This document shows positions 27,929 to 37,610 of a stretch of 64,000 nucleotides of DNA, piece by piece. The stretch's first letter is position 1. The number at the start of each line of letters is the position of its first letter. Made by a program: the position numbers and the translations under genes. The stretch is from positions 51,404 through 115,403 of the forward strand of contig CALKIZ010000012.1 in the NCBI GenBank assembly GCA_937995735.1, in the 5' to 3' direction. The stretch comes from an uncultured Neomegalonema sp. GTDB lineage: Bacteria; Pseudomonadota; Alphaproteobacteria; Rhodobacterales; Rhodobacteraceae. The notes below the pieces were generated by a model that had not been told where the DNA came from, made no database searches, and saw only the letters and a program-made list of their open reading frames with translations.

Positions 27929-29016
27929 GCATGACTCCAGAACCAAAACCCGGTCTTATGCGGATATCTCCCTATGTTGGCGGTAAAGCAACAGTTGCTG
28001 GAGCAAACCGGATCGTCAAACTGTCCTCCAATGAAAATCCGCACGGGGCAAGCCCGCGTGCTGTTGAAGCATTTCGCGCCGCCGGTGAAAATCTCGCTCT
28101 CTATCCTGATGGCGGTGCAGTTGCGCTGACCCAAGCCATCGCGAACAGCGAGAACCTGAGCGCTGAGCGGATCATGGTCGGTTCAGGTTCCGACGAAATA
28201 CTATCGCTGCTCTGTCTTGCTTATGCCGGTCCCGGCGACGAAGTGCTGCACTCCGCGCACGGATTTCTGATGTATGCGATCTCAGCGAAAGCCGTCGGCG
28301 CTGATCCTATCGCGGCCCCGGAGAAAGACCTCCATGCCGATGTGGATGCGTTGCTGGAGGCAGCCAATGAGAAAACGAAACTCGTTTTCCTTGCGAACCC
28401 GAACAATCCGACCGGTACATTAATCCCAGATAGTGAAATCCGGCGGCTGCGCGAGGGGTTATCACCTCAAGCCTTGCTCGTGATTGATGCTGCCTATGCG
28501 GAATATGTGGAGCAGGATGATTACGATCCCGGCGTCGCCCTCGTCGAAGAACGCGATGACGTAATCATGACGCGCACTTTTTCAAAAATTCACGGCCTCG
28601 CCGCACTCCGCCTTGGGTGGTGCTATGGCCCGCCTGCCGTTATCGATGCTCTGCACCGCGCGCGTGGACCGTTCAACACATCCGCTCCGGCACAGGCGGC
28701 GGGAACAGCGGCGATTGAAGACACTGCATTCATAAAAGCAACTCGCGAAGACAATAAAACCCAGCGCGCCCGTGTCACAGAAGCGCTGACAGCGCTTGGC
28801 CTTTCCGTGACGCCTTCCCACGGCAATTTTGTGCTGGTCGAAACCGGTGAAGATGGCCCACATTCGGCAGCTAAAACAGACGAATATCTGCAAAGTCGCG
28901 GCATCCTCATTCGCCGGATGGATGGGTACGGTTTGCCCGGACACTTGCGTATTTCAATCGGAACGGCAGAAGAGAACGGGTTGCTCATTAATGCACTGCG
29001 GGAATTCTTAGCATGA
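27925..29016 (+). CDS. hisC: histidinol-phosphate / aromatic aminotransferase
   Basis: Class II aminotransferase with LSSNENP near the N-terminus and the PLP-lysine motif TFSKIHGLAALRLGW. Confidence 0.85.
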   Translation: MSMTPEPKPGLMRISPYVGGKATVAGANRIVKLSSNENPHGASPRAVEAFRAAGENLALYPDGGAVALTQAIANSENLSAERIMVGSGSDEILSLLCLAYAGPGDEVLHSAHGFLMYAISAKAVGADPIAAPEKDLHADVDALLEAANEKTKLVFLANPNNPTGTLIPDSEIRRLREGLSPQALLVIDAAYAEYVEQDDYDPGVALVEERDDVIMTRTFSKIHGLAALRLGWCYGPPAVIDALHRARGPFNTSAPAQAAGTAAIEDTAFIKATREDNKTQRARVTEALTALGLSVTPSHGNFVLVETGEDGPHSAAKTDEYLQSRGILIRRMDGYGLPGHLRISIGTAEENGLLINALREFLA

Positions 29017-29930
29017 TCCCTCGTCTCGCTCTTATTGGCCTTGGCCTAATCGGTTCATCGATTGCCCATGCAGCAAAGCGGGGCAATCTTGTCGGTGAAA
29101 TCGTCGGCTATGCCCGCTCACCCAAAACGCGCGAGACTGCCCTGGAAATCGGATTTATTGACCGAGCCTGCGACACCGCAGCAGAGGCAGTAAAAGACGC
29201 AGACCTCGTGATCCTTTGCACCCCCGTCGGAACGATAGAGGCCATAACCAAAGAAATCGCGCACTCACTTAAACAAGGGGCCATTCTGTCCGATGTAGGC
29301 TCAGTCAAAGCATCCGTTATCGCTCAAGCTCTGCCGCATCTTCCAAAAGGCGTCCATCTCGTTCCCGCTCACCCGGTTGCGGGAACTGAAAAGTCTGGCC
29401 CGACTTCCGGTTTTGCAACCCTCTTTGACAACCGCTGGTGTATCCTTACCCCCATCCCCGGCGGTGACCCTGATGCGCTGAAAACGGTGGAAGAGTTTTG
29501 GAAAGCGCTCGGCTCCAACGTCGATACGATGCCACCCGAACATCACGACCGTGTTCTGGCGGTGACGTCGCATATCCCTCACCTAATCGCCTATACGATA
29601 TGCGGAACAGCGAGTGATCTGGAAACCGTCACAGGCTCAGAAGTCATTAAATATTCTGCCGCCGGTTTCCGCGACTTTACCCGCATTGCCGCCTCTGATC
29701 CGACGATGTGGCGCGATGTGTTTCTGCACAACAAAGACGCAACGCTGGAAGTTCTAGGGCGACTGACCGAAGACATCTTTGCGCTGCAACGGGCCATCCG
29801 CAAAGAGGATGGCGAGATGTTATTCGATCAATTCACACGGACCCGTGCTATCCGGCGTAGCATCGTAGAAGCGGGACAAGATACGGACGCCGATAACTTC
29901 GGGCGTGATGGCGAAAAGAAAGACGATTGA
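29013..29930 (+). CDS. tyrC: prephenate/arogenate dehydrogenase
   Basis: It has a Rossmann N-terminus (IGLGLIGSSIA), a HP.AG motif and a SH.PH motif. Confidence 0.85.
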   Translation: MIPRLALIGLGLIGSSIAHAAKRGNLVGEIVGYARSPKTRETALEIGFIDRACDTAAEAVKDADLVILCTPVGTIEAITKEIAHSLKQGAILSDVGSVKASVIAQALPHLPKGVHLVPAHPVAGTEKSGPTSGFATLFDNRWCILTPIPGGDPDALKTVEEFWKALGSNVDTMPPEHHDRVLAVTSHIPHLIAYTICGTASDLETVTGSEVIKYSAAGFRDFTRIAASDPTMWRDVFLHNKDATLEVLGRLTEDIFALQRAIRKEDGEMLFDQFTRTRAIRRSIVEAGQDTDADNFGRDGEKKDD

Positions 29931-30799
29931 TGAATAAAGTCCGCGTCGCCTCCGTTCAATTAGAGCTGCAAACGCTTGAAACTGCCGACGCATTCTATGC
30001 TCGTATTGATGACTTCACACGCATCGCCACAGAATACGGATGTGCGTTTATCACTTTTCCAGAATGGTTTACGCTTCCCCTCCTCAGCATAGGTGAGCGC
30101 CTTGCTCCCGCACAGGCAATGGACGCGCTCGTTGATCACTTACCGGAATTCAAATCCCGGCTTTCCGAAATGGCTACCCGTTACGGTATCACGATCATCG
30201 GCGGCTCTACAGCAGAGCGCACAGAGGATGGGCTTTACAACACTTGCTTTGTGTTCCTGAAAAACGGCTCTATCCACCGCCAACCGAAAATCCACCCGAC
30301 ACCGGATGAAAAAGCGATCTGGAATATCGTCGGCGCATCCGAACTCGGTACAATCCCAACCGAGCACGGACCCATCGCCGTTCAAATCTGTTACGATTCC
30401 GAATTTCCGGAGCTAACCCGCAGACAAATTGATCTGGGCGCGCGGCTCTTATTTGTCCCTTACGCCACGGATGCGAGAACAGGTCACCTCAGAGTTAAAT
30501 ACTGCTGCCACGCACGAACAATAGAAAATCAAATTTACGTCGTTACCTCTGGAAACTGCGGCAGGGTTTCAGGTGTCGAGAATATCGACATCAGCTATGC
30601 TCAAAGCGCGATTATGACCCCCTGCGATCACCCCTTCGCGCGAGATGGGATTGCGAGCGAGGCAAGCGAAAACGTCGAACAACTCATTGTTGCCGATCTT
30701 GATCTCGATCTACTAGATTGGGCGAGAGCCAAAGGTGCAGTGCAAAACGTGAATGATCGACGAAAAGACCTTTATTCCGTCGAATGGCTAGGCTCGTAA
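29927..30799 (+). CDS. carbon-nitrogen hydrolase (nitrilase superfamily) protein
   Basis: It shows E...K...C triad context, with ICYDSEFPE containing the catalytic Cys. 290 aa. Confidence 0.75.
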   Translation: MMNKVRVASVQLELQTLETADAFYARIDDFTRIATEYGCAFITFPEWFTLPLLSIGERLAPAQAMDALVDHLPEFKSRLSEMATRYGITIIGGSTAERTEDGLYNTCFVFLKNGSIHRQPKIHPTPDEKAIWNIVGASELGTIPTEHGPIAVQICYDSEFPELTRRQIDLGARLLFVPYATDARTGHLRVKYCCHARTIENQIYVVTSGNCGRVSGVENIDISYAQSAIMTPCDHPFARDGIASEASENVEQLIVADLDLDLLDWARAKGAVQNVNDRRKDLYSVEWLGS

Positions 30800-30902
30800 C
30801 TTTTCATGGACAAGTCCGTTCAAACACCACTTAAATATTTGTCACATCGCTATTCAGGCGCTCAATTCGGATAAGAGTTCAGACGCTGATTTGGAGATCA
30901 AA

Positions 30903-32012
30903 ATGGCCACTGCACCGAACGATATACCAACAACGATGAATGCTTTCGTTCTGACAGAGCATGGTGATCTCGATGCTCTGAAGTTTCATACCGATTGGCC
31001 AGTCCCAACGCCCAACGATGATCAGGTTTTGATCAAGGTTAAGGCGTGCGGGCTAAACAACACGGACATTAATACCCGTACAGGCTGGTACTCAAAAGCC
31101 GTAACCGAAGCCACAAGTGGGGGCGGTTATGACAAGGTTGATGACGAAGACCCCACATGGGGCGGCGCACCGATCAGCTTTCCCCGTATTCAAGGAGCAG
31201 ATGTTTGCGGTGAAGTCGTTGCCGTTGGCAAGAACGCAGACGCCTCGCTCATAGGCAAACGTATCTTGACCGACAATTGGTTACGGGATTGGGCTGATCC
31301 AATGAACCGCGAAGAAACAGGATATTTCGGCAGCGAGTGCGACGGTGGTTACGCGCAGTATGCGGTTCTGGATCACCGCAATGTCGGACCGATTGAAAGC
31401 ACGCTTACGGATGCAGAGCTTGCAACTTTTTCCTGCAGCTCCACGACTGCCGAGGGAATGTTATCCCGTGCGAATGTCAGCAACAAAGACACTGTACTTG
31501 TGACAGGCGCATCTGGCGGCGTCGGCTCTGCCTTAGTGCAACTCGCAAAGCGACGCGGGGCGCGTGTTGTGGGCATGGCATCAGAAGCAAAGCACGCCGA
31601 TGTCTTAAAACTTGGCGCAGATGTAATGCTGCCCCGCTCGCCGGAAAATCTGCAATCAGCTTTGAAGCAAGCCATCGGGCAGGAAACAGTTACCGTTGTT
31701 GCAGATATTGTCGGCGGCCCGGCCTTCCCCTATTTGATTGAGGTGTTATCACGCGGCGGGCGTTATACTTGTTCTGGTGCGATTGCTGGCCCGATGGTCG
31801 ATCTCGATTTACGAACACTCTATCTCAACGATCTGACATTCACCGGATCAACAGTGATCGAGCCTCATATTTTTCATGATGTTGTTGGCTACATAGAGCG
31901 CGGTGAGATCAAACCGGTCCTTGCCGCGACGTATCCACTCGCAGACTTACAAAAAGCGCAGCAGGCATTCATCGACAAAAAGCACACGGGCAATATCGTC
32001 GTCATTCCGTAA
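30903..32012 (+). CDS. zinc-type alcohol dehydrogenase / quinone oxidoreductase (MDR superfamily)
   Basis: The ATG at 30903 lies 6 nt after GGAG. It has a GroES-like N-domain and the Rossmann motif VTGASGGVGSALVQLA. Confidence 0.75.
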   Translation: MATAPNDIPTTMNAFVLTEHGDLDALKFHTDWPVPTPNDDQVLIKVKACGLNNTDINTRTGWYSKAVTEATSGGGYDKVDDEDPTWGGAPISFPRIQGADVCGEVVAVGKNADASLIGKRILTDNWLRDWADPMNREETGYFGSECDGGYAQYAVLDHRNVGPIESTLTDAELATFSCSSTTAEGMLSRANVSNKDTVLVTGASGGVGSALVQLAKRRGARVVGMASEAKHADVLKLGADVMLPRSPENLQSALKQAIGQETVTVVADIVGGPAFPYLIEVLSRGGRYTCSGAIAGPMVDLDLRTLYLNDLTFTGSTVIEPHIFHDVVGYIERGEIKPVLAATYPLADLQKAQQAFIDKKHTGNIVVIP

Positions 32013-32042
32013 GTGCCGACCTCGTGGTTTGCGGTGCGATTG

Positions 32043-32072
32043 AGACACAAAACAATCGCACCACGAACCGCG
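32043..32072. terminator. 10-bp perfect hairpin between convergent genes
   Basis: GGTGCGATTG-10 nt-CAATCGCACC. There is no clear T-run. It may be a bidirectional terminator or an RNA-stabilising element. Confidence 0.4.
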
Positions 32073-32073
32073 C

Positions 32074-33324
32074 TTAACTTACAATCTGTGCAGTTTCGAC
32101 AACCGCATGGAACAACACTTCAGCGCCCGCCGTTGACCATTCTTTCGAAATGTCTTCGGCTTCGTTATGTGACAGCCCATCAACACATGGACACATCACC
32201 ATAGCGGTTGGGTACATGCGATTGATCCAACAGGCGTCATGGCCCGCACCGCTCACAATATTCCGGTGAGAATGGCCAAGGCGTTCGGCGGCATTCCGCA
32301 CAGCCGTTACACAGCCTTCGTCAAACTCAACCGGATCAAAGCCACCAACCTTTTCTAATTCAACCTCAAGGCCCATCTCGTCGCAAATCTTCTTTGCACC
32401 AACAGCTAAGCGCTGTTCCATATCTTCGATGGTTGCGAGGACCGGCGAACGAAAATCGACTGTGAAGACGGCTTTACCGGGAATCACGTTGCGCGAATTA
32501 GGATAGACATCGATGTGACCCGCCGCACCAACTGCATCCGGTTTATGTGACCACGCAATCTCATCTACGAGTTCCAAAATCCGAGCCATGCCAAGACCTG
32601 CATTCTTTCGCATCGGCATAGGTGTGGAGCCAGTGTGAGAATCCCGCCCTGTCACTGTTACTTGTGTCCAACTGAGGCCCTGCCCATGCGTCACAACGCC
32701 AATATCGACGCCTTCAGCCTCTAGTATCGGGCCTTGTTCGATATGAAGCTCAAAGAAAGCGTGCATTTTTCGCTCGCCGACTTCCTCTTCGCCGCGCCAG
32801 CCGATGCGTTTGAGCTCGTCACCGAATGTCAGCCCCGCCGCATCTGTCTTAGAATACGCTTCGTCTTGCGTGATGATCCCGGCAAAGACAGCCGATGCCA
32901 TCATAGCAGGAGCAAAGCGCGTGCCCTCTTCATTGGTCCAGTTCACCACAGCGATGGGATGTTTGGTCTTTATATCGAGGTCATTCAGCGTTCTTACGAT
33001 TTCTAATCCGCCCAAGACACCAAGCACACCGTCATAGCGGCCTCCGGTTGGTTGCGTATCAAGGTGCGAGCCGACCATGACCGGAAGGGCATCCGCATCC
33101 TGACCGGGGCGAACCGCGAACATGTTCCCCATCTGGTCAACGCCGATGGTGCAGCCCGCCTCTTCAGCCCATCGCTGAAACAACGCCCTGCCTTCACCAT
33201 CCTCATCTGTCACAGTCTGGCGGTTGGACCCCCCCGCCGCACCGGGACCAATCTTTGCAATTTCATGAATCGTATCCCACAGACGATCCCCGTTGATTCG
33301 AAGGTTTTCTCCTGATGCAGACAT
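32074..33324 (-). CDS. M20-family amidohydrolase (N-carbamoyl-L-amino-acid hydrolase / allantoate amidohydrolase / beta-ureidopropionase type)
   Basis: 416 aa with GSH.DT, NWTNEEG.RF and EQGP.LE motifs characteristic of this subfamily. Confidence 0.8.
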   Translation of the reverse strand: MSASGENLRINGDRLWDTIHEIAKIGPGAAGGSNRQTVTDEDGEGRALFQRWAEEAGCTIGVDQMGNMFAVRPGQDADALPVMVGSHLDTQPTGGRYDGVLGVLGGLEIVRTLNDLDIKTKHPIAVVNWTNEEGTRFAPAMMASAVFAGIITQDEAYSKTDAAGLTFGDELKRIGWRGEEEVGERKMHAFFELHIEQGPILEAEGVDIGVVTHGQGLSWTQVTVTGRDSHTGSTPMPMRKNAGLGMARILELVDEIAWSHKPDAVGAAGHIDVYPNSRNVIPGKAVFTVDFRSPVLATIEDMEQRLAVGAKKICDEMGLEVELEKVGGFDPVEFDEGCVTAVRNAAERLGHSHRNIVSGAGHDACWINRMYPTAMVMCPCVDGLSHNEAEDISKEWSTAGAEVLFHAVVETAQIVS

Positions 33325-33359
33325 ATAACTCCCCTAGGTCACCTTGACGCGCTCATATT

Positions 33360-33378
33360 TTGAGACTTATAGTCTCAA
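33360..33378. promoter_or_regulatory. 19-bp perfect palindrome in a divergent promoter region (candidate TetR operator)
   Basis: TTGAGACT-tat-AGTCTCAA lies between the amidohydrolase start (33324) and the TetR gene start. Confidence 0.5.
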
Positions 33379-33414
33379 TTCACCGAAAAACAGTCTTATT
33401 CTCTTGGCGAAAAG

Positions 33415-34113
33415 TTGAACAGGGCGCAGAATGCTGGTCAAGCCGAAACTAAGGACACTGTGTGGATGGCAGTAGCTGAAAACACACTGGCACGGGCCAC
33501 AAAAACCCGGCGCAAGACACGAATACAGCGCGAGAAGGAAAGCATAATCCTTGACGCGGCGCTTGACGTGTTCTCGACTCATGGATTTGCGGGAACGACG
33601 ATTGACAAAATCGCCGAAACTGCAGGCATGTCTAAACCGAACTTGCTCTACTATTTCGCATGTAAAGATGACGTCTATACTGCGTTACTCGATAAGCAAT
33701 TAGCGGATTGGCTTGTACCGCTTGAGGGAATTTGCGAGGCTGGCGATCCGCTTGAGGAATTGCGTGCTTACATAAGAAGAAAGTTAGAATTGTCGCGTCA
33801 AAGGCCCCGCGAATCAAGGCTTTTCGCTATGGAAATTATCCAGGGTGCGACGCGGATTAAAGCAGGATTATTTAAAGATTTACGGAAAGTCGTGGAAGAA
33901 AAGGCGTCTGTAATCCAAGGATGGGTAGATGCTGGCCGAATTACCGCAATTAATCCGACACATCTTATCTTTGCGATATGGGCCACGACACAGCACTACG
34001 CTGATTTCGATGTTCAAATCCGCGAAATCGACGATTCCGATGGCGATGAGTTATTTAAAACGGCAACCAAGTCGCTCGAAACGTTGTTGCTTGACGGTTT
34101 GAAAATCCGCTGA
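33415..34113 (+). CDS. TetR-family transcriptional regulator (RutR-like)
   Basis: The HTH region is ILDAALDVFSTHGFAGTTIDKIAETAGMSKPNLLYYF. An alternative ATG start lies at 33466. Confidence 0.85.
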   Translation: MNRAQNAGQAETKDTVWMAVAENTLARATKTRRKTRIQREKESIILDAALDVFSTHGFAGTTIDKIAETAGMSKPNLLYYFACKDDVYTALLDKQLADWLVPLEGICEAGDPLEELRAYIRRKLELSRQRPRESRLFAMEIIQGATRIKAGLFKDLRKVVEEKASVIQGWVDAGRITAINPTHLIFAIWATTQHYADFDVQIREIDDSDGDELFKTATKSLETLLLDGLKIR

Positions 34114-34302
34114 AACGACCAACGACTTTGAACTTACACTTTCACTAACGAACACTTCTACAAAGGTGTTCGTTCGCAACCCATTACACTCTTCCGATTG
34201 CACTGTGATTGAATCATTGCAATGCTTCCCTCCAAACAAGGGGAGTCGAATCCCCTGTCTCATTCGTCATGACGACGAACAGAGGGCAACAGGGAGAGAC
34301 AT

Positions 34303-35388
34303 ATGCTCATAGAAACAGTCAAACACGCTTTGATCGGTGCTGCCACAGCAACAGCACTCACCGCCACTGCTCATGCGGATATGGATTTATCCGGTAAAAC
34401 AATTGAATGGATCATTCCGTTCTCAGAATCCGGTGGATCGGCAAAATGGGCGAATTTTTATGCACCGTTATTGTCTGAGGCCCTCACCGGAGAGCCAACT
34501 GTAGTTGTCAAATTTATGCCCGGTGCAGGCTCAACCAAAGGCGCGAACCACTTTCAGGAAAATGTTGAAGCGGACGGCTTGACGATCTTTGGTTCTTCCG
34601 GATCGACTCAATTCCCTTACCTGCTTGGCGATCCCCGCGTTCGCTACGAGTATAATGATTGGAACGTCGTTTTAGCATCAGGCACGGGCGGGGTTGCATA
34701 TCTGCCGCCTGATCTTGCGAAAAAATATGACGGTGATGTTACGAACCTACGCGGTGAAGACTTCATCTACGGGTCGCAAGGTGCAACACGCCTTGACCTT
34801 GTGCCCCTCCTTGCGTGGGAAATGTTAGGACTGGAAGTCGAGCCGGTATTCGGCATTAAGGGGCGCGGCGATGGCCGTCTGATGTTCGAACGCGGTGAAG
34901 CAAATATCGACTATCAGACCTCCTCATCATACCTCAAAGGCGTTGTGCCTTTGGTGGAAGAGGGCAAAGCCGTTCCCATGATGACATGGGGAGCGCTGGG
35001 TGTGGATGGCGATATCATTCGTGATCCGACTTTCCCCGACATCCCGACCTTCAAAGAAGTCTGCGATGCCACTGTCGGCTGTCTGACTGAAGGCGAAAAA
35101 TGGGCTGCATGGAAAGCCTTTTTCATTGCTGGGTTCCCCGCACAAAAGATGGTTTTTCTTCCGAACGGCGCAACGGATGAGATGATTGAGACATACTCAA
35201 ACGCTTTCAAAAAAGTCCATGCCCGCGATGATTTTTCGGAAATCTCCAAAAAGCGCCTTGGGGTCTACCCTCAGATGACAGGTGCAACCGCCGATGCGGC
35301 CTTGAAAAGCGCTACGAATGTACCGGACAGTGCAAAGGCTTTCGTCGTGAATTGGCTCGAAGAAAGATACGGTGTGACGCTTAAGTAA
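34303..35388 (+). CDS. tripartite tricarboxylate transporter substrate-binding protein (TctC/Bug family)
   Basis: It has a signal peptide ending TAHA and a Bug-like pattern (PGAGSTKGANHF). It lies directly upstream of a TctA permease gene. Confidence 0.7.
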   Translation: MLIETVKHALIGAATATALTATAHADMDLSGKTIEWIIPFSESGGSAKWANFYAPLLSEALTGEPTVVVKFMPGAGSTKGANHFQENVEADGLTIFGSSGSTQFPYLLGDPRVRYEYNDWNVVLASGTGGVAYLPPDLAKKYDGDVTNLRGEDFIYGSQGATRLDLVPLLAWEMLGLEVEPVFGIKGRGDGRLMFERGEANIDYQTSSSYLKGVVPLVEEGKAVPMMTWGALGVDGDIIRDPTFPDIPTFKEVCDATVGCLTEGEKWAAWKAFFIAGFPAQKMVFLPNGATDEMIETYSNAFKKVHARDDFSEISKKRLGVYPQMTGATADAALKSATNVPDSAKAFVVNWLEERYGVTLK

Positions 35389-35504
35389 GTAAGCACAATC
35401 ACCAACTCCGGACTTGATCCGGGCCTTCCTCCCACGTAACGGAAGGCCCCGCATTGTGCTGCGTTTGTCCGGGACGGGAATAAAGAACGCGGCGGAGATC
35501 GACC

Positions 35505-37520
35505 ATGGACCTTCTCGCAACTGCCCTCCCCGCTCTCAGCGAAGCCTTTGCGCTGATCTTACAACCACAACAAATCGGTTTTTTGATCCTCGGCGTTTTG
35601 CTGGGCCTTTCAGTAGGAGTCTTCCCCGGATTGGGCGGGATTGCCGGATTGAGTCTTGTCCTGCCATTCGTCTTTGGTATGGAACCTGTCAGCGGCCTTG
35701 CGCTGATGATTGGGCTTGTGGCTGTTATCCCGACCTCGGATACGTTTGCCTCCGTCCTTATGGGTATCCCCGGTTCGTCCGCATCTCAAGCCACGGTGCT
35801 AGACGGCTTCCCGATGGCGAAAAAGGGCGAGGCCGCCCGAGCGCTTTCTGCCGCATTTATTTCTTCGTTATTCGGAGGGTTATTCGGTGCGTGTATCCTG
35901 ACATTCTTTATTCTGATCGCACGGCCTATCGTCTTGGCTTTCGGGTTGCCCGAAATGTTGATGATCACGATTTTGGGTCTGTCAATGGTTGCCATTCTTG
36001 CAGGCCGCTTACCACTCAAAGGACTCGCGGCAGCTTGCCTTGGCTTGATGGTCGGAACAATCGGGGAAGCCGACGCCGGCGGTTCTTTGCGCATGGCGAC
36101 CTATGACATTCCTTACCTTACGGATGGACTAAAACTGGTGATCGTAGGCTTGGGTATTTTCGCTGTCCCGGAAATTATCGCCCTGCTCCGTCAAGATCGT
36201 GCAATTGCCAAAGACGCAAAACTCGGTGCGGGATGGATCACAGGGATTGCGGATTGGTTTAAGAATATCTTCCTCTCGATCCGATGCGCTGTGATTGGTG
36301 TTATTGTCGGCGTTATCCCCGGCCTCGGCGGATCGGTTGTTGATTGGATTGCCTACGGCCACACGGTTCAGTCCGCGAAAGACAAATCGGGGTTCGGTAG
36401 CGGCGATGTACGCGGTGTCATCGGCCCTGAAAGCTCAAACAATGCCAAAGAAGGAGGCGGCCTCGTTCCAACATTGATCTTTGGCATCCCCGGTTCCGGT
36501 TCGATGGCGGTCTTTATCGGCGGCATGGCGCTGTTAGGGTATGACGCAGGACCGCAACTCATCACCAACGATCTCAATATTACTTACACAATAGTCTGGT
36601 CGCTAGCCTTGGCCAATGTGATCGGCGCAAGCCTTTGTATTGTTTTGTCACCCGGCATCGCCAAGTTAACGACGATCCGCTTTACTTTGCTCGCACCGTT
36701 CCTGTTCATGATGATTTCTTTTGCCGCATTTCAGTCACGGCAGTCCTTGGGTGACCTTGCTGCACTCTTTGCGATTGGTTTGCTCGGCATTATGCTCAGG
36801 CGCTTTGATTGGTCGCGCCCCGCTTTCCTGATCGGATTTGTTCTATCGTCACAGGCAGAAAATTATAGCTTCCAAGCCTATCAAGTTGCCGCCAGCAAAT
36901 TCCGGCGAGGTACAGATACCGGCCTCGAATACATCTTCACGCCGATCGTGCTAGTTTTATTGGTTGTCACAATTCTCTCGATCATCGTCGGGATTAAGCA
37001 AGCAAAACAGATCATGCCGGAAGGTCAAGTTCCTACGGGAGCAAAACGCGCGCCTTTGATTTTTGCATTGTTCATTCTGGTGTATTTTGCCATCAGCTTT
37101 TTTGATGCCTACAGCATCCGCATAACAACGGATCGCATCTTTCCGGTAAACATCTCAACGGTTGGCATCATCGCGACAGTGCTGGTGTTGATCCGTATGA
37201 TCCGTTCCGCCGAAGGCGATGGCATCTTCGCAGACCGCGAGTCTTCCGGCGAAGACGCCAACGCACCTCATGGACTTTGGTCTACCCTTGCGTGGTTTGC
37301 TTCGTTGTTGATCTTTGCATCACTGGTCGGCTTTATCATCGCGCTCGCGGTTTTCTTGTTAGCGTTCTTGTTGGTACGAGCGAGACTAACATTGCCGCGT
37401 GCTTCGCTCTTCACCGCGCTTGGAATCGGCTTCATGTGCGTAATGGCTGGTTCACTCAATCGCGACTTTCCGCCGGGATTGTTGCAGGAATACGTTAAGC
37501 TGCCATGGCCGCTGACATAA
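35505..37520 (+). CDS. tripartite tricarboxylate transporter permease TctA with a TctB-like C-terminal extension
   Basis: 671 aa. The first ~500 aa are TctA-like (GVFPGLGG...GIPGS repeats). The last ~170 aa add about 4 TM helices. No separate tctB ORF lies between tctC and tctA. Confidence 0.75.
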   Translation: MDLLATALPALSEAFALILQPQQIGFLILGVLLGLSVGVFPGLGGIAGLSLVLPFVFGMEPVSGLALMIGLVAVIPTSDTFASVLMGIPGSSASQATVLDGFPMAKKGEAARALSAAFISSLFGGLFGACILTFFILIARPIVLAFGLPEMLMITILGLSMVAILAGRLPLKGLAAACLGLMVGTIGEADAGGSLRMATYDIPYLTDGLKLVIVGLGIFAVPEIIALLRQDRAIAKDAKLGAGWITGIADWFKNIFLSIRCAVIGVIVGVIPGLGGSVVDWIAYGHTVQSAKDKSGFGSGDVRGVIGPESSNNAKEGGGLVPTLIFGIPGSGSMAVFIGGMALLGYDAGPQLITNDLNITYTIVWSLALANVIGASLCIVLSPGIAKLTTIRFTLLAPFLFMMISFAAFQSRQSLGDLAALFAIGLLGIMLRRFDWSRPAFLIGFVLSSQAENYSFQAYQVAASKFRRGTDTGLEYIFTPIVLVLLVVTILSIIVGIKQAKQIMPEGQVPTGAKRAPLIFALFILVYFAISFFDAYSIRITTDRIFPVNISTVGIIATVLVLIRMIRSAEGDGIFADRESSGEDANAPHGLWSTLAWFASLLIFASLVGFIIALAVFLLAFLLVRARLTLPRASLFTALGIGFMCVMAGSLNRDFPPGLLQEYVKLPWPLT

Positions 37521-37610
37521 CCATTGCTGCCCGCCTTTGATATAAAGTCTTCTTAAGCTAAACTGATGCCATGAAACCGTGGCATTCGAGACGGAACAGC
37601 GAAAAAAGAA

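Noticed and set aside
35414-36106. 230-aa ORF that might have been a tctB
   Set aside because: It is out of frame inside tctA and Arg/Cys-rich, with no hydrophobic helices. TctB must be a membrane protein.
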